A stretch of DNA of 18,515 nucleotides from NCBI RefSeq assembly GCF_018420025.1, contig NZ_JAEDAM010000101.1, forward strand, positions 1 to 18,515, read 5' to 3'. This document shows, piece after piece, positions 1-9,251 of this stretch. The notes beneath the pieces are model-generated. The model made no database searches and was not told where the DNA came from. It saw nothing but the letters and a program-made list of their open reading frames with translations. This DNA comes from Candidatus Vampirococcus lugosii (GTDB lineage Bacteria > Patescibacteriota > Gracilibacteria > Absconditabacterales > Absconditicoccaceae). The translations under genes and the position numbers were made by a program. Position 1 is the first letter of the stretch. The number at the start of each line of letters is the position of its first letter.

Positions 1-21
1 TAGGTTGTTTAAAACTAAAAT

Positions 22-396
22 TTAATTTTTTTTTAAGATATTTCTTACATTACTAATACAATATTTTATTCAAAATTTTTTTTCTATATATTTCTGTGCA
101 TCTTCTGCGGTATTAAATCATTTCTTTTCATTTTCTTCTTTTATTATAGCTATTTCTTTTTCTGATAACTTTGAAGGTTTTCAATTATTTTTAGTTGATA
201 ATAATCACTCTATTCATCAATTATTATATTTTTTTACCCATCTTGCAATTGTATCTTCTGAAATATTTAAAAGTTTTTGAATCTGTTTATATTTTATTCA
301 CTCTAATCTAAATCTTAAACATTGTAATCTTTTTAATGATTTTCAGCTTTTTTCAGTTTTTTCTCTTAACTCTATTTCTTTTATTTTTTCTATCAT
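22..396 (-). CDS. IS630-family transposase, N-terminal helix-turn-helix part; apparently continues beyond the left edge after a -1 shift in an A9 run
   Basis: ATG 396..394, TAA 24..22, 124 aa with TGA=Gly: MIEKIKEIELREK...LLNISEDTIARWVKKYNNGGIEGLLSTKNNGKPSKLSEKE...FGIKYCISNVRNILKKN*. The order HTH / GxPSKL / second HTH matches IS630/Tc1-type transposase N-termini. The -1 frame after the A9 run (26..34) reads KLNFSFKQP up to the window edge. Confidence 0.7.
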
Positions 397-416
397 AATA
401 TTTTCATTATTTATAA

Positions 417-432
417 ATATATATATATATAT
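417..432. repeat. (AT)8 dinucleotide microsatellite, 21 nt upstream of the transposase ATG
   Basis: Direct reading: atatatatatatatat at 417..432. Confidence 0.9.
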
Positions 433-671
433 TATAACTATTCTTACTAAAAAAGCAAAATATTTTTAGTATATAAATTAAAAGTTATTATCATTATAAA
501 GATTTCCTTTATAAATTAAATAGTTTTCGGAACGAAGTGGAGAAAACACATTATTCTCCCCCTCCTTTTTTAGAAAAAATCAAATTTATTCCCCTTTGAA
601 AGCCTATCATTCCTTATTCTCCGTTAAAAAAATATTTTTTGAATTGCATATAACTAATTTTTAAATATTTA

Positions 672-1871
672 TTATTTAATAGTAAATGATCTAATAGTAT
701 TATAAATATTTTCTTGTACTACAGATTTAAAATCTATTGTTGATAATTCTCATTTTTTAAAAAGTTTGGATAATAAACTAGAACTAACTTCCAAAACTCA
801 ATTTAATTTTCATTTTTTTTCTAATAAAATTTTTAATTGATTTTGATCAAGTATTTTATATGTTTTATTTTTAATAACACTAATATAAAAATTATTTCAA
901 TAAATTCTAGATAAATTTTTATTTTGCGAGTAATTTATAAATATTTGCTTCATATTATTTTTTTGTTTTTCCAAATTATTAATATCTTTAGATATTTTTC
1001 AATACTCATCTATCATTGATTTCAAAGTTTTATTTCATATTTCAGAAATAGTTTCATCATTCATAAAACTATGAGCAAATAATGGACAAATAGATTTATA
1101 TTCACAAAATTTACATCAATAATTTTCTACTTCTTTAAATTCTGATTTATTTCACATATTAAAATTAAATCTTTTGGATTCTATTTCATTTATAATAAAA
1201 ATATATTTATCTTTTATTTTTTCCAAAGATAAATCATCAATTTGCCAAATATCTTTTATATCAAAATGTAAAAAATGTAATTGTGCATAAATATTTTTTA
1301 AATATTTTCAATATTTTTGTTTTATTCATAATGCATAAAGTGTAAGTTGTTCTTTATATTCCTCATTTTCTTGTGTTGGTAAATTTTTATTAGTTTTGTA
1401 ATCATTTATTATAAAATCGTCTCATTTTTTATCTAATCTATCAATTATTCATCTAAATTTTATATTCTCATTTAAACTAAAATTTATATTTTGTTCAGTA
1501 GATATAATTTTTATTGAATCAAAAGGATAATTTTCATTAAAATAATTTGTTATATATATTTCACCTCTTTTTATATAATCCGATAAATTTCAACTTCACT
1601 TTATAATTATTTCTTTTCATTCTTGTGAAATATCATCTATTTTTTGCTTCCAAATAGAATTATATTGTTTCATATAAAAATCTAAATCATTTTTTTGAAA
1701 AACATTTATATCATTATACAAATTTTCCAATACTTTATGAACAATTTCTCATAAAATCAAATCAGAAGTATATTCTTTCTCTTGCAATTTAATTTTATCA
1801 ATATATTTATATCTAAAAGCTAAAGGACATTTATTATATAATTGAATTTGAGAAAAAGAATATACTGACAT
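672..1871 (-). CDS. PD-(D/E)XK nuclease, RecB/AddB/Cas4-like, with Fe-S type cysteine pattern
   Basis: ATG 1871..1869, TAA 674..672, 399 aa with TGA=Gly. Motifs in order: SFSQIQLYNKCPLAFRYKYI, GEIVHKVLE, GIIDRLD, INDYKT, QLTLYALG, CKFCEYKSIC (1+3 Cys as in Cas4/AddB nuclease domains). A ~140-aa C-terminal extension is unassigned. Confidence 0.75.
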
Positions 1872-1918
1872 TCTAATATTATTTAATTATTTAAATCTTT
1901 ATTTTTTTATAAAAAAAT

Positions 1919-2953
1919 CTAAAAATCCCAAGTTCATTTCATACTACTAGATTGAGAATAATTAGTTACCGTAGTTTCAAAAAAGTTTGCTTTTTCGCTA
2001 TTTTGATCTTGTATTCTTTCCAAATGTTTATAAGGATTTTTTGTTGCATCTGGATATAGTGGTTTAATTCATAGACTTTCTAATCTCTGATTTGCAAGAT
2101 ATTTTGTATATCATATTATATTCTCGTCTGCCATTCATATTATTTTATTGTTTAGTATATGTTTGGACCATTCTATTTCTTGATTTACCGCTGTATCCAT
2201 CATTTTCAACAATAACTGTTCATCATAAATATCAGGGAATTCATTTTTTATTTCTTTTATAATATTAGCAAATATTACTACATGTGTTTCTTCATCTCTA
2301 CGAATATAATTAATCATTCTATCGCTTGCCAACATTTTATTATGATCTGCGAGAGTATCAAAAAAAGCAAATCAATTATAAAAATATATACTTTCCAAAA
2401 GCCAATTTGCTACTATACTTCTAAATAAATTTTGGTCATTAGGTTCATTAACAAAATCTTGATATATTTGTCATATAAATTTATTTCTTTCCAACAAATG
2501 TTTGTCTTCTCTTCGGAAATAAAGAATTTTTTCTCTTTTATTAGCTGATACTACAGTTTCCAATATTGTTTGATATGATTGAGAATGTATTGCTTCTTGA
2601 AAAGCCTGTATACTCAAAATTAAATTAACTTCAGGAGAGGTAATATAATCATTAATATTTGGTAAATTCATAGTTTGTATACTATCAAGAAAAGTCAAAA
2701 AAGAAATAATTCAATCATAAGCTTTTCTTTCATCATCATTTAATACTTCATCATATTCAACAGCATCTTTATTTAATCAAGAAACTTTTTCAGGTATCCA
2801 AAAATTTCCAAGCATTACTTTATACATTCATTTAGCCCAAGAATATTTTACATTATTTAAGTTAAATAATCAGGTTGTATTTCAATGTATTATTGTTCTA
2901 TCATCTATATCATCTCTTCAATCTGGATTAAATATTAAGTTTTTTTCTATCAT
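1919..2953 (-). CDS. nrdB: class I ribonucleotide reductase small (beta, R2) subunit
   Basis: ATG 2953..2951, TAG 1921..1919, 344 aa. Motifs: HGNTTGLFNLNNVKYSWAKGMY, NFWIPEKV, LDSIQT, AFQEAIHSQSY, ESIYFYNGFAFF, IRRDEETHV; ends WDF. Track ORFs 2135..2335 and 2471..2698 are in-frame fragments of this gene, split by TGA codons. Confidence 0.9.
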
Positions 2954-3453
2954 AATTTATTTACTATATTATAAAACTTTTCTGTTCTTTCTTCAACAGT
3001 TCAAGTAAGAGTATAATAATCTGGATAAAATATTTCTAATAAATCAACTATTCTATTGTCAATCTCTTTTTGAAATTCAATTCATTCAAATCTAACTCAA
3101 TCATTTTCTAACTCAAATTCAATAGGAATATAAAAAATTGCATCATATCTTTTTTTCAAATTTGCCACTTTTTCAAGAAAATCATAACAATATAATCATT
3201 CAGAATAAGCAAGTATATCATATATACTTCTATCTGATATAAAGTTTTTTGCTTTTTTCTCTTGTATTAGTTGTTGTATAAAAACATTATGTTGAAAATT
3301 TGATTTGTCTATCGGTTCCATATTTTTAGGATTACCCATAATTTCAATTAATTCTCTTGCTATTTCATTTATTTTTGTATAATTTTCTAATTCTAATTTT
3401 TCCAAAAGATTAGTTTTACCCACTCAATGAGCACCTGATATAGCTATTTTCAT
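2947..3453 (-). CDS. P-loop ATPase/kinase-like protein (AAA_28 / NadR C-terminal-like family)
   Basis: ATG 3453..3451, TAG 2949..2947, 168 aa. Walker A is ISGAHGVGKT, with the middle Gly encoded by TGA (3424..3426). Later motifs: FISDRSIYDILAY and YDAIFYIP. The 3' end overlaps the nrdB ATG (TTATGATAG). Confidence 0.7.
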
Positions 3454-3490
3454 ATTTAAATATACATTAAATAAATAAATTTAAATTATT

Positions 3491-4492
3491 TTATTTACTA
3501 TTTTTAACACCAAAAATATAAGTTAAAGAAGTTGCAAAAAATATAGAAGAGAAAGTACCAGCAATAACTCATATCATTAATGTAAATGAAAACAACTGTA
3601 TAACTCAACCTCAAAATATAAACATACTTATCAAAACTAATAAAGTGGAAAAGGATGTTGCCAAAGATCTTCTCATAGTTTGCCATATACTTTTATCAAA
3701 AATTTCTACATAATCAATATTATTATCTTTAATTTCTGATTTATTAATTTTAACTGTTTGTCAATTATCTTTTTCCAATTTTTTTTCTTTAGTATATGAT
3801 ATATTTTCTCTTATTCTATCAAATATTATAATAGTATCATTTATACTATATCACATAATAGTAAGTATAGAAACTATAAATATTAAATCAACTTGTATAG
3901 CACTATTTAGAAACATAAATATTCAATATGCTCATGCAGGAATCAATACATCAAAAAGCAATGTAAACATAGTAACTAATGCCAATAATCAAGGTGAAAG
4001 ATATTCTCTTATTCAAGAAAATGCAAATAACATATAAATTCAAATAAACAACAAACCAAACAGTATAGCAGTAATAGCTGCTTTTTTCATCCAATCTCAT
4101 ATACTAGGACCTATTATAGCATTTTCTAAAATATCATCTCAACTTGAAATATGTCAATTATCAATCAAATAATCTTTAGTTAAACTCGAGAGTAAATCAA
4201 CACTTTTATCATCAGATATATCTAATTCCAATATCAACGATGGATATCATTTTTTTTCTCAAATATAAACTCAAGGAGAATCAAATCAATTATCTACAAG
4301 CAATTTAGAAATTCATTCATCAACTCACTCCAAATTTTGAGATTCTACATCCAATATTAATTCCATTCATCATGTAAACTGTATTGAAAGTCTAAGATTA
4401 GAAAAAAACAATATTAATGAAATTAACATTAAAACAACACCAGACACTATCCAAAACATAGCATTTTTAATAACTGAAAACTTAATATCCAT
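3491..4492 (-). CDS. secF: protein-export membrane protein SecF
   Basis: ATG 4492..4490, TAA 3493..3491, 333 aa. Motifs: IQFTGGMEL, IIGPSIGDW, MGYSINDTIIIFDRIREN, RRSLATSFSTLL. Several conserved Gly are TGA. About 40 aa are inserted after the IREN motif. Confidence 0.85.
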
Positions 4493-4510
4493 AGTAAAAT
4501 TAAATTAGTA

Positions 4511-5251
4511 TTAAATTAAATCATTTAAAATTTGTATTTTTTTGTAAGCATTTTTTGCAGCTTCTTCATTAGACATCTTTTTTTTAGTTCAATATCACTC
4601 ACCAAATATTTCTCAATTTATATAAACAATACACTTATAATTTATAATATTTCATTTTTCATCAAATTCATGTTCATAATTTTCATAATAAGGAACATCT
4701 TTATATAACTTTTGAGAATATTCTTGAACCATAGTTTTATAACTTTTAACATTAGCAGATTTAATATTTTCTATTTTTGAAAAAATTTTATCTTTAACAA
4801 AAGATTCTGCCATATCAGCTCATATATCCAAATAAATATATCAAATCAATGCTTCCAAAGTATCAGACAAAATTGAATCTTTATTCCTTCATCAAGTTTT
4901 TTCTTCACCATAACCGAGGAAAACCATTTTATCCAAGAATATATCTCTTGCAACTTCTGCCAACATTTCTTCTCTTACTAAAGCAATTTTATATAATGTT
5001 AGTTTTGATTCAGGAACATTTTCAAAATATAAATAAAGCATTTTTGCTATCAAACAACCCAAAATAGAATCTCATAAAAATTCTAATCTTTCATTATCAG
5101 GTATAGTATAAGGCAAATCAGAAACATAAGATTTATGAAAAAATGAAATCATCATAAGCTCCTCATTTACAATTAATGACTTATCAATTCAATTCTTTGA
5201 AAGATAATCTTTATATGATGAAATTAATCATTTTGCTTTCTCCGACAACAT
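4511..5251 (-). CDS. rnc: ribonuclease III
   Basis: ATG 5251..5249, TAA 4513..4511, 246 aa. The signature is NERLEFLGDSIL (Gly = TGA at 5072..5074), followed by GGRNKDSILSDTLEALIGYIYLD and a C-terminal dsRBD-like segment. Confidence 0.9.
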
Positions 5252-5277
5252 ATTCAATAAAAAATTAAATATTAAAA

Positions 5278-5811
5278 TTAACTTATTATTTTATGTCAAA
5301 TTCAATTTATCAATTTATAACTATTATTATCACCATAAATTTTTGCCAACATAATCATTTCATTTAAAATAACATTTTTTGGTGTATTAATTAAATTTTT
5401 TTCAGTAAATCATAAAATAAATATTATTTTATCCACCATATCCATACTTGAAAATTCAAAAGTTTCAATATTTTCATTTATTAATTTTTCCAATTGTTCC
5501 AAACAAGTAGAAAAATTTAAAATCATAATAGATATATAATCAAAATCTAAATTTATTTCATAATTTCAAAAAAACTGATTATGTAAATATGAAATATCCA
5601 TATCCAAATTTGAAAAAGAACAAATTTCAGCAATATCTCTTCTTAATTCAATCAAATCTTTATCTGACATATTTTCATAATTAACTATTTTATCAACTTT
5701 TAATATATCATTAAAAAGAATATCTTCATTTGAAAGATATTCTGTAAAAAATTTTTGATAAAAATACAAAAAAACAATTTTCCTAGAAAGAATTCTTGAC
5801 TTTATATTCAT
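5278..5811 (-). CDS. nusB: transcription antitermination factor NusB-like
   Basis: ATG 5811..5809, TAA 5280..5278, 177 aa. The C-terminal part, MVDKIIFILGFTEKNLINTPKNVILNEMIMLAKIYGDNNSYKLINGIGHKI, matches the NusB core pattern (..tP..V.inE.i.lAk.y......k..NgvL.ki). The N-terminal half is divergent. Confidence 0.65.
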
Positions 5812-5841
5812 TAATTTAATTAATTATATTAATATACAAAA

Positions 5842-6069
5842 CTACTCTTCTATTATAGTCTCTTTACTTTTAGTTTTAATAGTAAGGATTTGTTTTCATG
5901 CATAAAATCAACAATGAGGACAAACTCTATGAGAAAGTTTTAAAGTATCACAATTATCACATTTAACTGTTGTAGCTTTATTCAACAACTTCTTTATAGA
6001 ATTAGTCTGCCAAACACTATGTCTATTTTTTTTCTTTGATATAGAAACTTTTTTCTTTGGTACTGCCAT
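5842..6069 (-). CDS. rpmF: 50S ribosomal protein L32
   Basis: ATG 6069..6067, TAG 5844..5842, 75 aa: MAVPKKKVSISKKKNRHSVWQ...CDNC...HRVCPHCGFYAGKQI. Both Gly in CPHCGFYAG are TGA codons. Confidence 0.9.
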
Positions 6070-6099
6070 TTAATAAATAATATTAATCTTATAAAAATA

Positions 6100-6378
6100 C
6101 TAATTTTCTACAATATCTACAAAAGTCTTTAGATATTTTTTTCAATCAAACCTCTCAACTTTTTTCTTTCTAAAAGAAACTTTACCATCAATTTTTGCAT
6201 GAACAGTAAAATCGTTAGTAATATAAACATTTTTTCAAGCTTTATATTTATCTCATTTTTGTCTTATAATTACATTTCCTGCTTTTGCAACTTGTCATCA
6301 AAACAATTTGACTCACCTATATTTAGGATTAGAATCTCTAAGATTTTTTGCACTTCATGCCGCTTTTTTGGTAGCCAT
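6100..6378 (-). CDS. rpmA: 50S ribosomal protein L27
   Basis: ATG 6378..6376, TAG 6102..6100, 92 aa: [51 protein letters not shown].... It aligns residue for residue with the bacterial L27 N-terminus. Six TGA codons all fall on conserved Gly, including the tandem TGA TGA at 6295..6300 (the FGG motif). Confidence 0.95.
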
Positions 6379-6563
6379 TTAAATTTTAATTTTTATAATA
6401 TAAAATATGTTATATATCGATTATGTATAATTATTTTTTTAAATTTTTCAAGACAAATTTTCTTTTTTATGATCACAAGATTAAATTATTATGAATAAAG
6501 TTTGTATTATTCAAAAACTTATTGATAAAAAAATCAATTCATTACCAATAATTGTTTATTTCC

Positions 6564-6598
6564 AAAAAAAACTGTAAACAACTCTACTATTTCTTACA
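6564..6598 (-). repeat. 35-bp element, copy B (inverted relative to copy A at 17959..17993)
   Basis: The minus strand reads TGTAAGAAATAGTAGAGTTGTTTACAGTTTTTTTT. This matches 33 of 35 positions of 17959..17993 on the plus strand. It lies 55 nt 3' of the stop of the 6653..6829 gene, in the same orientation. Confidence 0.85.
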
Positions 6599-6652
6599 TA
6601 TTAAATTATTGAAATAACAAAACACAAATACAATATAATTTATAAAAAATAT

Positions 6653-6829
6653 TTATTTATCTTTTTTATCTTTCATAACATATAAAGGTATTTGTGATAA
6701 TATTATTCAAATTGTCAGTCATATAAAACCAGCTTTAAGTATATTATCTTCAACAAAAATAATATAAGAAACAATTGAACCAAAAAATCATACACTTCAT
6801 AATATTTTAGATAATAATTCTTTACTCAT
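6653..6829 (-). CDS. small hypothetical membrane protein (58 aa, two hydrophobic segments)
   Basis: ATG 6829..6827, TAA 6655..6653: MSKELLSKILGSVGFFGSIVSYIIFVEDNILKAGFIGLTIGIILSQIPLYVMKDKKDK. It is open only if TGA=Gly. No family was recognised. Confidence 0.5.
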
Positions 6830-6869
6830 AATAATAATTAATTAATTTTATAAAATATAATATTATTTT

Positions 6870-8354
6870 TTAATAATCAAGTTTATGATAAACTATATAT
6901 GTATCTTTATAATCTTTTACAAAGTATCATTGTTCACTTAATTTATTTCTAAATTCATCTGCTTTTTTGTAATCTCTTTCTAATTTAGCTTTTCGTCTTT
7001 CTTGAGCAATTTGAGTTATAAAGTAAGGAATAGGCATTTTATCTAAATTTTCTTTTTTGTTTATCAAATCTTTAAACAAACCAAATTTAAAAATATTTAA
7101 ATCAAACCAAGCAAATAAATTTAATGATTCAACATTTAATTTATCAACATCTTTATTAAGAATACTTAATAATCTAGGAGTATTTAGATCATCCAATAAA
7201 CAATTCAAAATGTTTTTTAAAAATATTTTTGCTTCTTTAGTTTGTAAATTTTTCTCTATTTCTTTAATATCTCAAGTAGACATTTGTACTGAAGTTGAAC
7301 GAGGATTTGCCCATAATTTATTTACCAAATTTCTTTTAGTAATATATGCTTTATGAATTGCATCCCAATTAAATTTTAAAGAATTTCTATATTGAGCAGT
7401 AAAATAAAAATATCTTAAATCATATACTGTATATCATTTTTTTTCCAAATCTGGTATTGATAATGTGTCTCAAGAAGATTTAGAAAGTTTTTTCCCATCA
7501 AAATTTAAAAATTGTGAATGCATCCAATATTTTACCCATGGTTTATCACTAACAAAAGAACATTCACTTTGAGCTATTTCATTAGTATGATGAGTTGTTA
7601 TATGATCTATTCATCAAGTATGTATATCAAAATTTTTTCATAAAATAGCTTTTGACATTGCAGAACATTCTATATGCCATCAAGGAAATCACAATCACCA
7701 AGGACTATTTCGTTCCATATGTCTTTTTTCTCATCTTTTGGAAAATTTCCAAAGAGCAAAATCTGTAATATTTTTTTTATTATCATTAGAAATTCTAGCT
7801 CAAGATTCTATTCATAAAATATGTTTTTCATAATTTTCTCACATAAGTTTACCATAATCATCAATTTTGGAAGTGTCCATATACATTCAATCATTATTAA
7901 TTTTGTATACAAAACCTTTTTCTTCCAAAGATTTTATAAGATCAATTTGTTCTTGAATATAATCTGTTGCTTTTGGAAAAAAATCAAAATTTAATTCTAA
8001 CTTATTAATATAATTTATAAAATTTTTTTCATATTTTTTGGCAATATCCCAAGCAGTAAGTCATTCTCTAATAGCTCATTTTTCCATTTTATCTTGTCAA
8101 GAGTCAGCATCATCAGTAAGATGTCAAACATCTGTAATATTAACAACATGTTTCAAAGGGTAATTTAATATATTTCTTATTATATCTCATAATAATCATG
8201 CAAAAACAAAAGCTCTTAAATTTCAAAAATGAGGATCAGAATATACTGTAGGACCACAAGTATATATTCATACAAAATCTTTTTTTCATTCATCAAAAAA
8301 CGGAATAAATTTTTCTTTTTCTCTAGTTAATGTATTGTATATGTACAAATTCAT
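6870..8354 (-). CDS. cysS: cysteine--tRNA ligase
   Basis: ATG 8354..8352, TAA 6872..6870, 494 aa. Motifs: [19 protein letters not shown] (HIGH-type motif, Gly = TGA), [24 protein letters not shown]-terminal [17 protein letters not shown]. Track ORF 6927..7208 is an in-frame fragment of this gene. Confidence 0.9.
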
Positions 8355-8599
8355 ATTATAAAAAATACTTAGATAAGTAAATTACTTGTATTATATTAAA
8401 ATATATAAAATATTCAAGTTTTTTATTATTTATTTTACAATAAAAAAGTAAATAATCTAGTTTATTATTCTAATAAGTTTTTCAGTATATAATTTAAAGA
8501 TATAACATTGTTCATTAAAAATTAAAAACAATATTGTTATACTAACAATTTTATTTTTTATGACATTTTAAAATTGCTATCACAAAAAACAAAAAAAAC

Positions 8600-8627
8600 T
8601 TGACTTATATATTATTTTGTTTATAAT
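8600..8627 (+). promoter_or_regulatory. near-consensus sigma70-type promoter
   Basis: TTGACT at 8600..8605, a 16-nt spacer, then TATAAT at 8622..8627. This is the best -35/-10 pair I could find in the window. Confidence 0.6.
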
Positions 8628-8662
8628 AACATTTCCTTGTCTATCCTAGTTAGGAGGTCAAA

Positions 8663-8806
8663 ATGACTGAAGAAGTAGTGTTAAAATGCCCTGATGGTAT
8701 TACAAGGCGATTTTTTGTCCAAAAAGAGGGTGTTATATCTCCCAAATTTGCTATCTATGAAAGAGCATTTTTTTGGAAACAAAAAAATCGGAGAAACAAG
8801 AAATAG
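8663..8806 (+). CDS. candidate 47-aa basic small protein
   Basis: AGGAGG at 8652..8657 lies 5 nt before ATG 8663; TAG at 8804..8806. Sequence: MTEEVVLKCPDGITRRFFVQKEGVISPKFAIYERAFFWKQKNRRNKK. There are no TGA codons and no family was recognised. Coding status is uncertain. Confidence 0.4.
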   Translation: MTEEVVLKCPDGITRRFFVQKEGVISPKFAIYERAFFWKQKNRRNKK

Positions 8807-8865
8807 AAAGTCGGTCCCAGATGTTATCTCTATGAGATACAATAATTGACTTCTATTTCTATTTA

Positions 8866-8893
8866 CCAAGGATTATATATCCTTGGTTTTTTT
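8866..8893 (+). terminator. rho-independent terminator
   Basis: CCAAGGAT (8866..8873), loop TATAT, ATCCTTGG (8879..8886), followed by T7 (8887..8893). Confidence 0.8.
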
Positions 8894-8930
8894 GTATTTT
8901 AATATATAATATATATTTAATAAACTTATA

Positions 8931-9218
8931 TTAAAAAACAGCTTGTAAAACAACTTTTCAATCAAGATTAGCTTTAACAAATGTATTACAAGTTGTAAAT
9001 GATTCTCAATTTGAAACAAAATTATTTCAATTAGTATCAATTAAAAACTCTGATCATTTTATCACAAAACAACTACAAATTCAACAAGTTCAATTCATAC
9101 ATGAAAAAGGCATATCAAATCATGAATTAATTATTTGTTTTAATATATTTTCTTTATCATTTGCTTCAAATGTTTTCATATAATCTCCAAAATTATCTAA
9201 TATATATATCTGAATCAT
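8931..9218 (-). CDS. 2Fe-2S ferredoxin (plant-type fold)
   Basis: ATG 9218..9216, TAA 8933..8931, 95 aa. The motif MPFSCMNGTCGICSCFVIKG fits C-x4-C-x2-C, with the conserved Gly residues encoded by TGA. A later FTTC supplies the fourth Cys. Confidence 0.75.
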
Positions 9219-9251
9219 TTTAATTATTAAATATTTAAATAAAAAATATAA

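Larger units (their letters stand above)
8634..8893 (+). other. stand-alone ~260-nt transcription unit (promoter to intrinsic terminator), GC-enriched; small-protein mRNA and/or structured RNA of unknown class
   Basis: The unit is bounded by the 8600..8627 promoter and the 8866..8893 terminator. It is visibly richer in G+C than its flanks. Internal helices: 8767..8788 (9-bp stem with GAAA loop), 8799..8812 paired with 8848..8860 (13 bp, one bulge), and a nested 8825..8839 hairpin. Confidence 0.5.

Noticed and set aside
477-656. Plus-strand open frame through the GC-rich island (…FRNEVEKTHYSPPPFLEKIKFIPLGKPIIPYSPLKKYFLNCI*).
   Set aside because: It has no ATG, GTG or TTG start, no recognisable motif, and is short. 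I treat the region as non-coding or unknown.
1901-1918. Perfect 18-nt palindrome ATTTTTTTATAAAAAAAT between nrdB and the nuclease gene, considered as a terminator or operator.
   Set aside because: The stem is A/T only and thermodynamically negligible. Such sequences are expected by chance in DNA of this composition.
3504-3686. The 60-aa minus-strand track ORF (MANYEKIFGNILF...).
   Set aside because: It is out of frame with secF, which covers this region and ends with a conserved SecF C-terminus in the table-25 frame.
5426-5436. TTATCCACC, one mismatch from a DnaA box, considered as a hint of an origin.
   Set aside because: It is a single imperfect copy inside the nusB coding sequence, with no cluster of boxes and no AT-rich unwinding context distinct from background.
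8634-8893. Assigning the GC-rich transcript to RNase P RNA, tmRNA, SRP RNA or 6S RNA.
   Set aside because: It lacks several defining elements. There is no GGAAAGTCCGGGC-type CR-I near the 5' end with the ACAGAA...GGCTTA partner. There is no tRNA-like GGGG...TTCGA...CCA ends with a tag ORF. There is no SRP helix-8 GGAA/AGCA motif. AGAAAGTCGGTCC at 8806..8818 only superficially resembles the RNase P CR-I and is in the wrong position. 6S cannot be excluded by eye, but the 5' and 3' ends do not form a long closing stem.
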